In this document: piece after piece, positions 1-9,976 of the stretch | Numbering within the stretch: position 1 is the first letter of the stretch | Layout: each line of letters starts with the position of its first letter | From: Promethearchaeota archaeon | GTDB lineage: Archaea; Asgardarchaeota; Lokiarchaeia; Sigyniarchaeales; SOKP01 | Length of the DNA: 64,000 nt | Assembly: GCA_048939015.1 (NCBI GenBank) | Contig: JBHLPW010000015.1 | Coordinates: 18,438-82,437, forward strand | Reading direction: 5' to 3' | Program-made: the position numbers and the translations under genes | Notes under the pieces: generated by a model | Databases searched by the model: none | Told to the model about the DNA's origin: nothing | The model's input: only the letters and a program-made list of their open reading frames with translations

Positions 1-123
1 TTACTAATCTCTAATTCATTACAAAAATAATTGATTCTTTCTATTCCTTTTTTAAAATTTCTTGCAAAATCACGATAAATTTTTCCATTACCTCCTCCCC
101 TTAAAGATAGACTAAAATTAAAT

Positions 124-2058
124 CTATATTATTTCATGTGGATTGTGCAATATGTCTATTTGAGATATTGGTTCTGGTCTACCTTCTAATGGTCTATTAC
201 GTGTAATTATGAGTATATCAACAATCTCTTTTAAATAATCAATTATTTTTAGAAATCGTGTTTTATCCATAAATTCCCCTATTTCATCAATTAAAAGCAT
301 CGGAAATTCTGGTAAAAATTCATTTTTTGCTATTACCATTATAATAAAAGCAATTAAAGCTCGTTCTGCTCCTGATAATTCAGCTATTGTTGTTTCATAA
401 CCACCTTTTCGTGTTATAATTATATTGAAATTTTCAGTAACAAGGATTCTATCTAACTCCGCTAGTTCTAATAATTGGAAGCTTTCTTTTAATCTATTAT
501 TCAATTTATCTAACATCAAGTTTTTAATTCTTGAAACGCAATTTGAGAAATGTCTAACAATCTGTTCTGTTATTTCCACTTTTTTTCTAATATTTTTAAT
601 TTCTTCTGTCCCTTCTTCAAATAATTTTATTTTAGCACTTACATCGTTTATTTTTTTGGTTAATTCGTTAATTTTTACATTTAAATCGCTAATTTCATCA
701 TTAACTTTTTCAAAAGGGCTAATTAATTCTTTCAATTTATTAGTTAAATTCTCTCTTTCTTTTTCTTTAATTCTCAGTTCTATTTCGTTCTCTGAAATCT
801 TATTGTTTAGAGAAGTCATTGTACCTTTATATCCTTTAATTTCTGAATTAACCGTTCTTATTTCATCATCAAGTTCATTTTTCCTTTTTGGTAACTCATT
901 TTCTATCTCATTAATTTCATTTTTTATATCTTTTTGACTTTTTGATATTTCTCCCAGTAAAGTTTCCTTTTTTCGCAGGATCTGTTCATTATCATTGACT
1001 TTTATGCTAAGAACCTCGATTCTTTTCTGAACCTTTAAAGGATCCAACTTTGAGTCGCATGTAGGGCAAATATCATAACCTTCAATTGATGTCTTCTTTT
1101 TTAATTCAGATTGAAGGCTTCTTAAATTGCTTTTGATTCCATCTATATGAATAGTTTTACCTTCAACAATTTCATCATATCCTTGTATTTCTTTTTCTAA
1201 TATTATAATCCTTTCTTTATTCTCATTATATACTTCTTCCAATTCTATTATTTTTTCTTCGCCTTGTAAAATTTCCTTTTGTAGATCCTCTACCTCTACC
1301 TTTTTTTCATCTAAATCCATTTCTTTTTCGTTTAAATCTTTTTCTGCATTTTTTAGTTTTAATTGATAATCACTAAGCTGATAATCGATTTTATTAATGA
1401 TCTCATCATATTCTTCTATTTTATATCTTAAATCATCAATTTTATCTTTTATTCCTTCTAATTCCGGTGATTTTAATAATCCATCTCTTTTTTTATCTAA
1501 TTCTGATTTTTCATTATTAAACTCGGTTCTTAATTTTTTTAATTCATTCAAACTCCCTTTTAATTTATTTTCTAAATTTGATTTTTCTTGATTATATTGT
1601 CTAAATAAACTTTCAGTTCTCTTTTGTGCAATCTCATAATAGTCTAAATCTGTGATATCATAAAACCATCTTTCAATTTCTCTTTCATCCGCCTTACTTA
1701 TAGCTAAGTTTAAAGGAGAATCTTTCATTAAAAAACTAAGATTTTTTGTTCTTTTATCTTTGTAATCAAGTTCTTTTGAAAGGAACCTAACCTCCTGTTT
1801 GTCTCTTGTGATTGAGACTTTTTGTCTAAATTCATTAAATTTTAATTCAACTGTACCATAATTAGTTTTATCATTTAAATACGGTATCAAGTTTTCATTT
1901 TCCCAATCACCTTCACACGACAGTTTAATAGCATTAATAATACTTGATTTCCCACTGGAGTTAGGGGCATTAAGTATGTTAATCCCTTTCTTGAAATTAA
2001 ATGAAAATTTTCCTAATAAACCTCCAATATTCTCACAAATTAACTCAGACATGATCAT
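124..2058 (-). CDS. Sph/Rad50-like SMC-family ATPase with zinc hook
   Basis: ENIGGL, Walker A APNSSGKS, long coiled coil with central CPTC, signature LSGAE, Walker B LLIDE. Confidence 0.85.
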   Translation of the reverse strand: MIMSELICENIGGLLGKFSFNFKKGINILNAPNSSGKSSIINAIKLSCEGDWENENLIPYLNDKTNYGTVELKFNEFRQKVSITRDKQEVRFLSKELDYKDKRTKNLSFLMKDSPLNLAISKADEREIERWFYDITDLDYYEIAQKRTESLFRQYNQEKSNLENKLKGSLNELKKLRTEFNNEKSELDKKRDGLLKSPELEGIKDKIDDLRYKIEEYDEIINKIDYQLSDYQLKLKNAEKDLNEKEMDLDEKKVEVEDLQKEILQGEEKIIELEEVYNENKERIIILEKEIQGYDEIVEGKTIHIDGIKSNLRSLQSELKKKTSIEGYDICPTCDSKLDPLKVQKRIEVLSIKVNDNEQILRKKETLLGEISKSQKDIKNEINEIENELPKRKNELDDEIRTVNSEIKGYKGTMTSLNNKISENEIELRIKEKERENLTNKLKELISPFEKVNDEISDLNVKINELTKKINDVSAKIKLFEEGTEEIKNIRKKVEITEQIVRHFSNCVSRIKNLMLDKLNNRLKESFQLLELAELDRILVTENFNIIITRKGGYETTIAELSGAERALIAFIIMVIAKNEFLPEFPMLLIDEIGEFMDKTRFLKIIDYLKEIVDILIITRNRPLEGRPEPISQIDILHNPHEII

Positions 2059-2154
2059 CTACAAATTTTTTGATTATATTTTCTGCTTTTTTTATTGAAT
2101 TCTTTTCTCCACTTTTCAAAATATAAATTACTTCTTTTTCAAGCTTATTCAACT

Positions 2155-2511
2155 TTAAATCTTCCAATCCAATTTTAATATCCTTGCTTCTACTTTCTTT
2201 GACCATTTCTTTCCAATTCCTCCTTCATTTATGGGTTTCCAAAATTCTTTGGGAAAATCCGGTTTAATTAATTGTTTTTGTCCATAGATTTTTATCCATG
2301 GATGAAATCTTTCAATTAACTTTTTTATTGTAAATAATCCTAATGGATTATTTCTAATAATTAATTCTAATTTATTTTTATTATCTCTTTGATAAAAGTA
2401 TTCTAAGAATGCATCAGAATAATATTCTTGCATCAAATTCTTTATAAATTTTTTATCGTTAGTATTTTCATCAATTAAATTTATACTTATACGAAAAGAG
2501 TCAACCTGCAT
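2155..2511 (-). CDS. Hypothetical protein in the SMC-like operon
   Basis: 118 aa ORF, upstream GAGGT RBS, co-oriented with neighbours. Confidence 0.6.
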   Translation of the reverse strand: MQVDSFRISINLIDENTNDKKFIKNLMQEYYSDAFLEYFYQRDNKNKLELIIRNNPLGLFTIKKLIERFHPWIKIYGQKQLIKPDFPKEFWKPINEGGIGKKWSKKVEARILKLDWKI

Positions 2512-2575
2512 GAATATTCAACCTCTACCTCCTTTTAGGCATTTAAGCTAACTTAATTACCTAATCCCTCCACAT

Positions 2576-3292
2576 TTAATTTTCATTTAACTCTTCGCTT
2601 GATTCGATGGATTCGATATACATTTCATACACAATTCTTTCCATATCTCTAAATGTTTTAACTTTTTCATCTTCTTGTACCACATTTTTAATTTTATTGA
2701 CAATTGATTTTTTCATATTTAAAGTATTTAAGGCTAACTCAATAGTAGCTAATCCTAAAACAGATTTTGGTGGATTTGGAAATTCAATTGAATATAATCT
2801 ATCAATAAGTGCTTTGTCTAGAAGATCTATTCTATTTGTTGTTAGTATGACGAATTCATTTGATGTGTCCATTTTATCTAACTCATGAAATAGTACATTT
2901 AATTGCCCAATATACCAAGCATCTAATTTAGGACCAAAATCTCGGGTTAAAAATAGACCATCTGCATCATCAAATATATATATAACAGGTTTATTTGCCT
3001 TATTTCTTCCCATTTCAAAAACTTTTCTTATTTCCTTCTCAGTTTCCCCGTATCTGTAATGAGCTAAATCAGCACAATCTTTAAATATCATATTATTCTC
3101 CAGCGGTTTTTCGCCAGGTAGATCCTCAACAATTTTCTTAGCTAATGTTGTTTTACCATTACCAGGAGTACCATAAAATACAAATCCTCTTATTCCCGAT
3201 TTGATTGATTCTTTATATTGATGCCAAATTATTTTAGAGCATTTATATAATGTATCATTGTACCATTTTCCCACTAATTCCATAATTTTCAC
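2576..3292 (-). CDS. Stand-alone classical AAA+ ATPase (no N-domain)
   Basis: Walker A GTPGNGKT, Walker B IFDDAD, SRH TTNRIDLLDKALIDR. Confidence 0.85.
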   Translation of the reverse strand: MKIMELVGKWYNDTLYKCSKIIWHQYKESIKSGIRGFVFYGTPGNGKTTLAKKIVEDLPGEKPLENNMIFKDCADLAHYRYGETEKEIRKVFEMGRNKANKPVIYIFDDADGLFLTRDFGPKLDAWYIGQLNVLFHELDKMDTSNEFVILTTNRIDLLDKALIDRLYSIEFPNPPKSVLGLATIELALNTLNMKKSIVNKIKNVVQEDEKVKTFRDMERIVYEMYIESIESSEELNEN

Positions 3293-3305
3293 TTGAGATT
3301 TTCTA

Positions 3306-4355
3306 TTATAAGGATTTTGTTCTTTCCTTTTCTAAGGTCTTGATGTGATCTTTCACATTTATTTTCGTTTTACTCAAAGTTTTTACCCATTCTGGTTTAA
3401 CAATCCAGTAAGTTTCTCCACCTCTATTAATAGTAGGTTCTTCTTCATAAAATATAAATTTATACCGCAAAAAAGTATATAATTTATCAATGAAGTTTTT
3501 GATTTGCATATTCTTTCGTCTAGCATAACTTTCAAATTGACTTTGAGGTACTAGATATCCTTTTAATTGTTGTTTAGGTTCAATGTGTTTTACTAATTCT
3601 TCGTCAGGAATTATATGTTTATCAATTAAATGTTTTTCTAATTGATCCTTTTGATGCTTTCCATATGATCTACCACATTCTCTACAATTGTAACCTTCAA
3701 TTTCATAATATTCCTTAGTTTCATCTATTTCTCCATCCGTTATATCAATCAACTCGTCAATAATTGAATTAACAAAAGTATCTCTAATGCCGGAGAAATA
3801 TGGTGTTTCTGATAATGTTCCTGAACTTACAAGACCATGGAGCAAATAAATTGCTTGGTCTTTCTGTTTTCCTTTCCATCGTTTTGAAATTTCCTCGAAT
3901 AGGATACCGGGGGATATGTAATTATTTTTTGTCTTCTTTCCTAGAATAGTTTCTTCTTTTTCTTTTATGTCACTTAATAACTCTACTTTTTGTAATACAG
4001 GGATAACATCCTTTTCTAAATCGGCAGCGTATCCATGAACTATTCCTTTTAAATCATCTAATTTAACTAAATTTGTCCCCGTTAAATCTTGAGTAAGTAA
4101 CCAATTCATTGCCTGCATTGTTGCTAAATAAACTCTTAAATTTGGAGTTTTTTCTGTAAATACTCCATGTTCCATAGCTACTATTCGAACATTTGAATCT
4201 TTTAATAGATCATCTCTTAGAGTTTTATCGAATATTTTCAGATCCAGGCAATCTTCACAAATTTCTTCCCCTTCAAAATCCCAAAGGTTCCGCTTTTTAC
4301 GGAGACAATTTGGACACGTTTTTATTTTCTTATGAGACATTGATAAACTCAACAT
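3306..4355 (-). CDS. Zinc-finger protein (N-terminal CxxC...CxxC, internal C2H2), possible winged helices
   Basis: CPNC...CEDC; YNCRECGRSY...LEKHLIDKH. Confidence 0.65.
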   Translation of the reverse strand: MLSLSMSHKKIKTCPNCLRKKRNLWDFEGEEICEDCLDLKIFDKTLRDDLLKDSNVRIVAMEHGVFTEKTPNLRVYLATMQAMNWLLTQDLTGTNLVKLDDLKGIVHGYAADLEKDVIPVLQKVELLSDIKEKEETILGKKTKNNYISPGILFEEISKRWKGKQKDQAIYLLHGLVSSGTLSETPYFSGIRDTFVNSIIDELIDITDGEIDETKEYYEIEGYNCRECGRSYGKHQKDQLEKHLIDKHIIPDEELVKHIEPKQQLKGYLVPQSQFESYARRKNMQIKNFIDKLYTFLRYKFIFYEEEPTINRGGETYWIVKPEWVKTLSKTKINVKDHIKTLEKERTKSL

Positions 4356-4383
4356 AGTTTTTTATTCCTATATTTATATTCTT

Positions 4384-4455
4384 ATTATGTTATAACATAA
4401 TTACTATGTTATAACATGATCAAGTTGTAACAACATGCTATAGATGTTACTTTTT
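4384..4455. repeat. Four phased ATGTTATAACAT-like palindromes at 19-bp period
   Basis: Copies start at 4387, 4406, 4425 and 4444 (last two degenerate); 4384-4401 is a perfect 18-bp palindrome. Confidence 0.8.
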
Positions 4456-4473
4456 AGACAGACACCTTTCTAT

Positions 4474-4911
4474 TTAAATATTAGCTATTTCTTCTTTAAA
4501 AACTCTTTTTGTTAATAAATCACCCACTTCTACTAATTTTTTCAATAAAGGAAATCCTAAATTGGAATGTAGCAAGCGTGTGTCATAATTGTGTTTTACC
4601 CCTACTTGGAGGTTAGAACAGTGCCCCATAAACTCCTGTTCTGGAGTTAGTTCGTTAGATTCATTAAAATCAGATTTTTGCCATGCTAAATAGGCAACAT
4701 CATCAATAGAGTTTATTTCATCATAATCTTCTGTATCTTGTGTTTGTAAATTTAGCAGAAGTTTCATACATTGAATAAAAAATTTCCCACCCGTAAATAT
4801 ATTTGTTATACCATCCTTTAATTTCAAGGAAATATATTCATTTACTTTAAAACTAACAACTTTTTTCATTTTCTCTTTCCTCATTATTATAAATTTGGTA
4901 AATTTGATCAC
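4474..4911 (-). pseudogene. Lokiarchaeal LRR-associated N-terminal domain, apparently C-terminally truncated
   Basis: FKVNEYISLKL...EQEFMGHCSNLQ...YDTRLLHSNLGFPLLKKLVEVGD...FKEEI motif; ends abruptly. Confidence 0.6.
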
Positions 4912-5188
4912 TATCTTCTTTTATCAAATCAAAAACAATTTGATTTCGTATTTTATAACAATATTGAAGTTTATTTTTATAGAGACTGCCGACAAAACTA
5001 TTTTCAATATTTTTGTTTCCCGCCTTTATTCCTTTTCAAAATATCTTGATTTTTATGACAATTCCTAATATGTTTTTTGAAGTACATTTCTGAAATCATA
5101 AACTTACAGTGGGAGCATTCCCTTAATTTATTTTTTCTAACTGATGTGCTATTCATTTAGACACCTTAATTTAGGTGATTCTCCATTA

Positions 5189-5698
5189 TTAGTATAACTT
5201 AAAATAAATCTCTTCAGCAATTAATTCTCTACCAATTTGAAGTTTAGCGTTAACCCACTCTTCTGAATCATAAACCTTGCCCCACTCCTCAGGAGTCAAA
5301 AAATTTTCCATAATTCCATACTGATTCTTTAGGATTTCGAAAATAGTATCTGATATTGAAGTAATCCCAATTGGATATGCATATTTAACAAAGTTTTTTC
5401 CATCCTTCTCAATCTTTTTCATAATAGTCTCAGCATTTTCTAGAGGCATGTTTTTATCCCTAATATCCCTTCCAATTGGTAAATGCAAAACACAACTAAT
5501 TGGAAGAACAACCCACAAAGCTGTACTTCCAAAACGATTTGTTTTGGTTTCTACTTCAGTTACTTTTATATTATATTCATTTTCTAAACTCCAAATATAA
5601 TCATCCTCATCTTCACCTGTTTTTCTTGCAATCTTTTCCAATGCCAATAATACCTCTTTGAGTTTGCTTTTCTTTTCTTTTTTCTTAGACATCATCAT
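5189..5698 (-). CDS. Hypothetical protein
   Basis: 169 aa ORF overlapping the rpa stop codon (translational coupling). Confidence 0.65.
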   Translation of the reverse strand: MMMSKKKEKKSKLKEVLLALEKIARKTGEDEDDYIWSLENEYNIKVTEVETKTNRFGSTALWVVLPISCVLHLPIGRDIRDKNMPLENAETIMKKIEKDGKNFVKYAYPIGITSISDTIFEILKNQYGIMENFLTPEEWGKVYDSEEWVNAKLQIGRELIAEEIYFKLY

Positions 5699-7040
5699 TA
5701 CTCCTTTCCTTTATTCTTTTCTTACGTTTTTCTTTAATCTTTTCACGTTTTTCTCTTATACGCTTTATCCTATCTTCTTTCCTGAACTTCATCCGTTTTA
5801 GTTCTGCTTCAATCTCTTCGTCTGTAGTAAAAGTGTCCACAATTTTTACATCCGTTATCTGTGTTGTTTCGAAATCAACACACTTGAACTCATCATCAAA
5901 GGCGTTAACTAATACATTTATTAGCTTAACCTTGTTTCCCTCTCTAAAAACTTCATTGAACTTACTTATATCTTTGTCAAAAATAGTCACAGTTATAATC
6001 CCTGTACCGTCACTAATATCAATTTGTTGGTATAATTCCTTTCCATCAATGTCACATTCTCCCATATCACCCCGTTTAATCACAATCCCTTCAATATGAG
6101 TTAAATGGTTAGAATGGCGATATTTCTTTATCAATTCAATGCTACCGACTCCTATTATATCGTAATCATACTCCTTTATTTCCGTACCCATTGTACTTTC
6201 AAGTGTTGCATGTTTTTTCCATTTCTTCCGCTCTAAGTTTGTTATTGCTACAATATCTCCTAATTTTAAGGATTCTATTAACCTTACTTTCTCGTTCCAA
6301 AAGGTCACCCTAATTATTCCCGTACTATCACCAACAATTACTATTCTCATTTGTCCTTGCATACCATTCTTTCTTTCAAATACTTTGACATCTTTTATCT
6401 CCATTATACACACGGGAACGGTAATCAAATCATTGGGATATTCTGTTTCTACGCCCAATCCAATGTGCCATATTTGAGTTTCCTCACCTGATTTAATGTG
6501 ACACACTTGGAATTCTTCTTGATGGTAAATAGGATAATCCCTCTCATGTACTCCACTCGGATTTATTTGAATATTCCCATCATATTCCAAGCGTAATGAG
6601 ATCTCTTCATTTTTCCCGCTTTTTACATTACATCCATCTATTTTAATAAGCAGATTGGTTCTTAAATTCCCCATTATCCCCGTTTGCTCGTTCCATAAAA
6701 CCACTTTCACACTCCCCGTTTTGTCGAATATCGTGAAATTCCCAACTTTACCCGTTCCTGAGCCTTTCTTAAAGGAGTGTAGGCTATGCAGAAAGCGTAT
6801 TCTTCCCACGACAGTTAGATCTTTCATTCCTAGAGTCAATGAACTGATTTCCGTTATTTTCATTGATTTACCTTGCGAAATTCCAAAGTCCCTTGCCACG
6901 AGGAGTAACGAGGCTTCAAGCGATACTAATCCCTTTAATTCTTCTTGTTTTTCCTTTATTTTTTCCCTTATTTCTGGAAGACTAAGCCCTGTCTCATATA
7001 TAATCAAGGATACCATCTTTTTAAACTCATTTTCTCTCAT
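5685..7040 (-). CDS. rpa: Replication protein A-like multi-OB-fold ssDNA-binding protein
   Basis: N-terminal DUF2240-like helices, three OB repeats (DKTGSVKVVLWN, DSTGIIRVTFWN, DGTGIITVTIFD). Confidence 0.85.
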   Translation of the reverse strand: MRENEFKKMVSLIIYETGLSLPEIREKIKEKQEELKGLVSLEASLLLVARDFGISQGKSMKITEISSLTLGMKDLTVVGRIRFLHSLHSFKKGSGTGKVGNFTIFDKTGSVKVVLWNEQTGIMGNLRTNLLIKIDGCNVKSGKNEEISLRLEYDGNIQINPSGVHERDYPIYHQEEFQVCHIKSGEETQIWHIGLGVETEYPNDLITVPVCIMEIKDVKVFERKNGMQGQMRIVIVGDSTGIIRVTFWNEKVRLIESLKLGDIVAITNLERKKWKKHATLESTMGTEIKEYDYDIIGVGSIELIKKYRHSNHLTHIEGIVIKRGDMGECDIDGKELYQQIDISDGTGIITVTIFDKDISKFNEVFREGNKVKLINVLVNAFDDEFKCVDFETTQITDVKIVDTFTTDEEIEAELKRMKFRKEDRIKRIREKREKIKEKRKKRIKERSNDDV

Positions 7041-7071
7041 ACTCTTTTACTATACTCTTGTCTTAAATTAA

Positions 7072-7242
7072 TTGGATTATAGGGTGAGGAGTAACCTACC
7101 AAAAGACAAAAATCCAGTTGAAAGGACAATCTTTCATTGTTAAAAACAAGTAATCTAACCAAGTGTTTCTAACGGATCGTTCCCCTCGAACAGTAGGCGG
7201 AGAGTGGGCGAAATCATGGTTACCCCTCGCTTTCCTATCCAA
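7072..7242. other. About 170-nt multibranch structured element upstream of rpa
   Basis: Closing stem TTGGAT/ATCCAA and GTGAGGAGTAACC (7084-7096)/GGTTACCCCTCGC (7218-7230); inner hairpins TGAAAG/CTTTCA, TTGTT/AACAA, GTTC/GAAC. Confidence 0.6.
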
Positions 7243-7274
7243 ATAACTTAAATTAATATTACTATTCATTTATA

Positions 7275-7706
7275 TCATTCATTCTCTTCTATTTTTCTAC
7301 GCAATATCGAAATTGCGATTATATCATTTAACAATTGCTTTTGCAAAACATCTATAAGAATATCCTTGTCAATCTTTTTCAGATTTACATTTTCGGTCAA
7401 TTTCTCTATTTCATTCTCGAAGTTCGCAGTTAGCTCGTCTTCAAGCAAACTTGAATAATGCTCAAATGGGTGATGTGTAGGATTCGGTTTGAAATCTCTA
7501 AGTATTTTCTCACGCACTGCATCCCTTACGAGTTCTGATACATTTTTATATTCACTTTTTAATACAAATAGTCTATATAGCTTCAGTTCTTCGGGTAATA
7601 TTCGTATAGTTAGTTTGTCATTTTTTACTTGTCTCTGATTCTCTTTTTGCATAACAATCTTTAGATACTTCGTTGTATTTAATCCTAAATTCGACAAATC
7701 TTGCAT
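7275..7706 (-). CDS. Ribbon-helix-helix (CopG-like) regulator
   Basis: KLTIRILPEEL...YKNVSELVRDAVREKI. Confidence 0.75.
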   Translation of the reverse strand: MQDLSNLGLNTTKYLKIVMQKENQRQVKNDKLTIRILPEELKLYRLFVLKSEYKNVSELVRDAVREKILRDFKPNPTHHPFEHYSSLLEDELTANFENEIEKLTENVNLKKIDKDILIDVLQKQLLNDIIAISILRRKIEENE

Positions 7707-7773
7707 AGTTACTTCTTTAACACCTCTTAACCTTCTGTTTTTTCATAATTTTTATGATTTCTTAATCGGAAGA

Positions 7774-7794
7774 AGGGAGAGTAGAACTCTCCCT
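7774..7794. other. Perfect 9-bp hairpin (terminator or regulatory)
   Basis: AGGGAGAGT-AGA-ACTCTCCCT. Confidence 0.5.
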
Positions 7795-7911
7795 ACCTTT
7801 CCTGTTGTAGTCACCGTTTCTCCTATGGTTGAGAGTCGTATCTTTTTAAATCCATTCATTTTGTACTTCACATCCCTTTAAACTTTCAATTATTCTAATA
7901 GTTCACACTCC

Positions 7912-8334
7912 TTAATACTTGAATATCTTGTCAATTTTTTTTTCAAAATTACTATACTTATTAACATTATTAAAATTAAGATCAGGATATTGATTTCTAA
8001 ACTGATTTAACAATTCTCCTAATCGGGGGGTGATTATTCTCTTAATATAGTTATCAATTCCCCTTATGTCGTTATCAATTATAACATAAGCGATTAAACG
8101 ATACACATGGTTAGATTCAGGGGATTTAATAATTTCTTTTGAAATTATTAAGACAGAACGCTCTCCTTTTATGTACTCCAATTCTTGGGAAAAAATAGTC
8201 CGAAAGAAAGTTTCTAAGGCTGAAATTAATGAAAAAATTAAAAATTTATCTGATTGATTTTCTTCAGGACTATTATATTCACGATTTATGAGAAGTATTC
8301 CATTAAAAAATATCCCTACTTCTTGGATCATCAA
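7912..8334 (-). CDS. Longin-like small protein
   Basis: MIQEVGIFFNGILLINREY...LISALETFFRTIF...FEKKIDKIF pattern typical of Asgard longin domains. Confidence 0.6.
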   Translation of the reverse strand: MMIQEVGIFFNGILLINREYNSPEENQSDKFLIFSLISALETFFRTIFSQELEYIKGERSVLIISKEIIKSPESNHVYRLIAYVIIDNDIRGIDNYIKRIITPRLGELLNQFRNQYPDLNFNNVNKYSNFEKKIDKIFKY

Positions 8335-8358
8335 AATTCCCTTATAATATTTACATCT

Positions 8359-8562
8359 TCAATTTTTAGTATCTTCAAATAAAATCTCATGTAAAAATCC
8401 CAATTCTTCCTTAGTAAATAAATTGGATTTATTTTCTAACCATTTCAATAGGTTTTTGTCAAATTCTAAATTACAATCTTGACAATTAAAGGTTTTTCCA
8501 CAATCTTCAATGTTTCTACTTTTGCATCGTGGACATCTAGTTATTTTTTGAGTCTTTTCCAT
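8359..8562 (-). CDS. Small zinc-ribbon protein
   Basis: CPRCKS...CQDC. Confidence 0.7.
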   Translation of the reverse strand: MEKTQKITRCPRCKSRNIEDCGKTFNCQDCNLEFDKNLLKWLENKSNLFTKEELGFLHEILFEDTKN

Positions 8563-8567
8563 ATTCT

Positions 8568-8885
8568 TTACACCTCCGCAAGATAATCAAAATCATCAAG
8601 GAGTTTATCCAATTTTTCAAAAAATCTTTTTTTAAAACGATCACGAGGTTCCTTGAACACACAATTCGAATGGATTGTTATAAATTGACTGCTTTCTGTT
8701 TTCCTGTATAAACGAAAACTAGTAAAAAAGGTCAATTCAGCGATCTTATTGCATAATGGACATATAGGAGAATTTGTATAATTTTTTTTGTCTAAAATTA
8801 CCTTTAATGCTTTCTTTCTTACTAACCTCTTAAAATTTTTCCATACTTTGCTCTTTTTCTTTAATCTTTCCTTATTTTTTTTCAT
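8568..8885 (-). CDS. Basic hypothetical protein with possible Zn site
   Basis: CPLC...HSNC. Confidence 0.55.
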   Translation of the reverse strand: MKKNKERLKKKSKVWKNFKRLVRKKALKVILDKKNYTNSPICPLCNKIAELTFFTSFRLYRKTESSQFITIHSNCVFKEPRDRFKKRFFEKLDKLLDDFDYLAEV

Positions 8886-8902
8886 AAAGCTCTTTTATTT
8901 TC

Positions 8903-9823
8903 TTATTTTTTTGAAACATTTTCTAAAGGTGTATTTTTTAAGTGAAATACTTCTTGATATGCTAATTCAATACATTCCTTAGTAATCTTAGAAAGATTTT
9001 TTCCCTCAGCAATTTTACCTGCTTTCCACAGTAAATTCAAGCCATATCGAATATCTCCTTCTATATTTGTTGCATCTGATACTAATCTAATTAAGCCCTC
9101 TGAGATCACATTTTTTCTAAAACTAAGATCTGCCCTATATTTTAAGATATCATAAATCTGTTCATTAGAGTAATTGCGAAATTGAATGATATTTTTTTGA
9201 AGCGTACTTAATGTTCCTGAGTCTAAACTATGTAAACATGAGATATCTCGAATTATCCCAATAATTGATAAATTAAAACGAGAAAATAATGAGTCATCAT
9301 TTAATCGAGTTAATGAATAGAGCAAATCTTTATCATTCTCAATGAGATGGGTTAACTCATCCAAAATAATAAGTAGATATGTGTTATCTAACTCAAGAAA
9401 CTCTTTAATGATGTCCAATAAATCTTGAGAAGAATACCCTCTTTTAGGAAAATTCTGGCGTATTGAGGAAATTATCTTTATTAATATTTTATAACTTGAA
9501 CTTTTACATCGACAATTGAGAAATACACAAGTAAGTGAAATTTCTCTTTTTTTTGCAACATTTTTAAGAATTTTTCCAAATAATTTTAATGTCGCTGTTT
9601 TTCCGATCCCAGAGTTCCCTGTAATAAGTATGTTTTTAGAACATCCACTTCGAGGTACCAAAATAGGTAAAAAAACCTGTGCTAACAATGATAATTCTTT
9701 TTCACGATAAGGAAGTTTATGAGGGAGATAATCATGTTCTAATTTGCTTTCATCAATGAAAATTGAATGTTCTTCTGCTTTATCTAATAACTTAGAAAAT
9801 ATATCCATATTTACATACCTCAT
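8903..9823 (-). CDS. cdc6: Orc1/Cdc6 AAA+ domain lacking the C-terminal winged helix
   Basis: DYLPHKLPYREKE, GNSGIGKT, LNC, ILDE, GDIR; only 306 aa. Confidence 0.85.
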   Translation of the reverse strand: MRYVNMDIFSKLLDKAEEHSIFIDESKLEHDYLPHKLPYREKELSLLAQVFLPILVPRSGCSKNILITGNSGIGKTATLKLFGKILKNVAKKREISLTCVFLNCRCKSSSYKILIKIISSIRQNFPKRGYSSQDLLDIIKEFLELDNTYLLIILDELTHLIENDKDLLYSLTRLNDDSLFSRFNLSIIGIIRDISCLHSLDSGTLSTLQKNIIQFRNYSNEQIYDILKYRADLSFRKNVISEGLIRLVSDATNIEGDIRYGLNLLWKAGKIAEGKNLSKITKECIELAYQEVFHLKNTPLENVSKK

Positions 9824-9885
9824 TCGGCTAAAAACATTCGTGGGATTCCATTTCTGATAATAACTTTTGCTGAAAATGACAGGTT

Positions 9886-9976
9886 AAAAATGTGAGAGAA
9901 AGGAACGTATTTCAAGAATGGTTAAAACTGGGGAAGTAATAGGCATTCTCTATAAATCCCCTTCTCTCATATTTTT
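9886..9976. other. Long hairpin upstream of cdc6
   Basis: AAAAATGTGAGAGAA (9886-9900) pairs with TTCTCTCATATTTTT (9962-9976); inner AGAATG/CATTCT. Confidence 0.5.

Noticed and set aside
1-120. CDS continuing off the left edge
   Set aside because: The ATG at 86-88 closes after 15 codons and the open alternative frame has no clear start; cannot be supported
425-1591. Antisense ORFs (also 2607, 5833, 6655, 12488, 15274-16288, 35709-38030, 48533-56326 and others)
   Set aside because: Shadow frames of K/E-rich real genes; S/F/L-rich with no motifs
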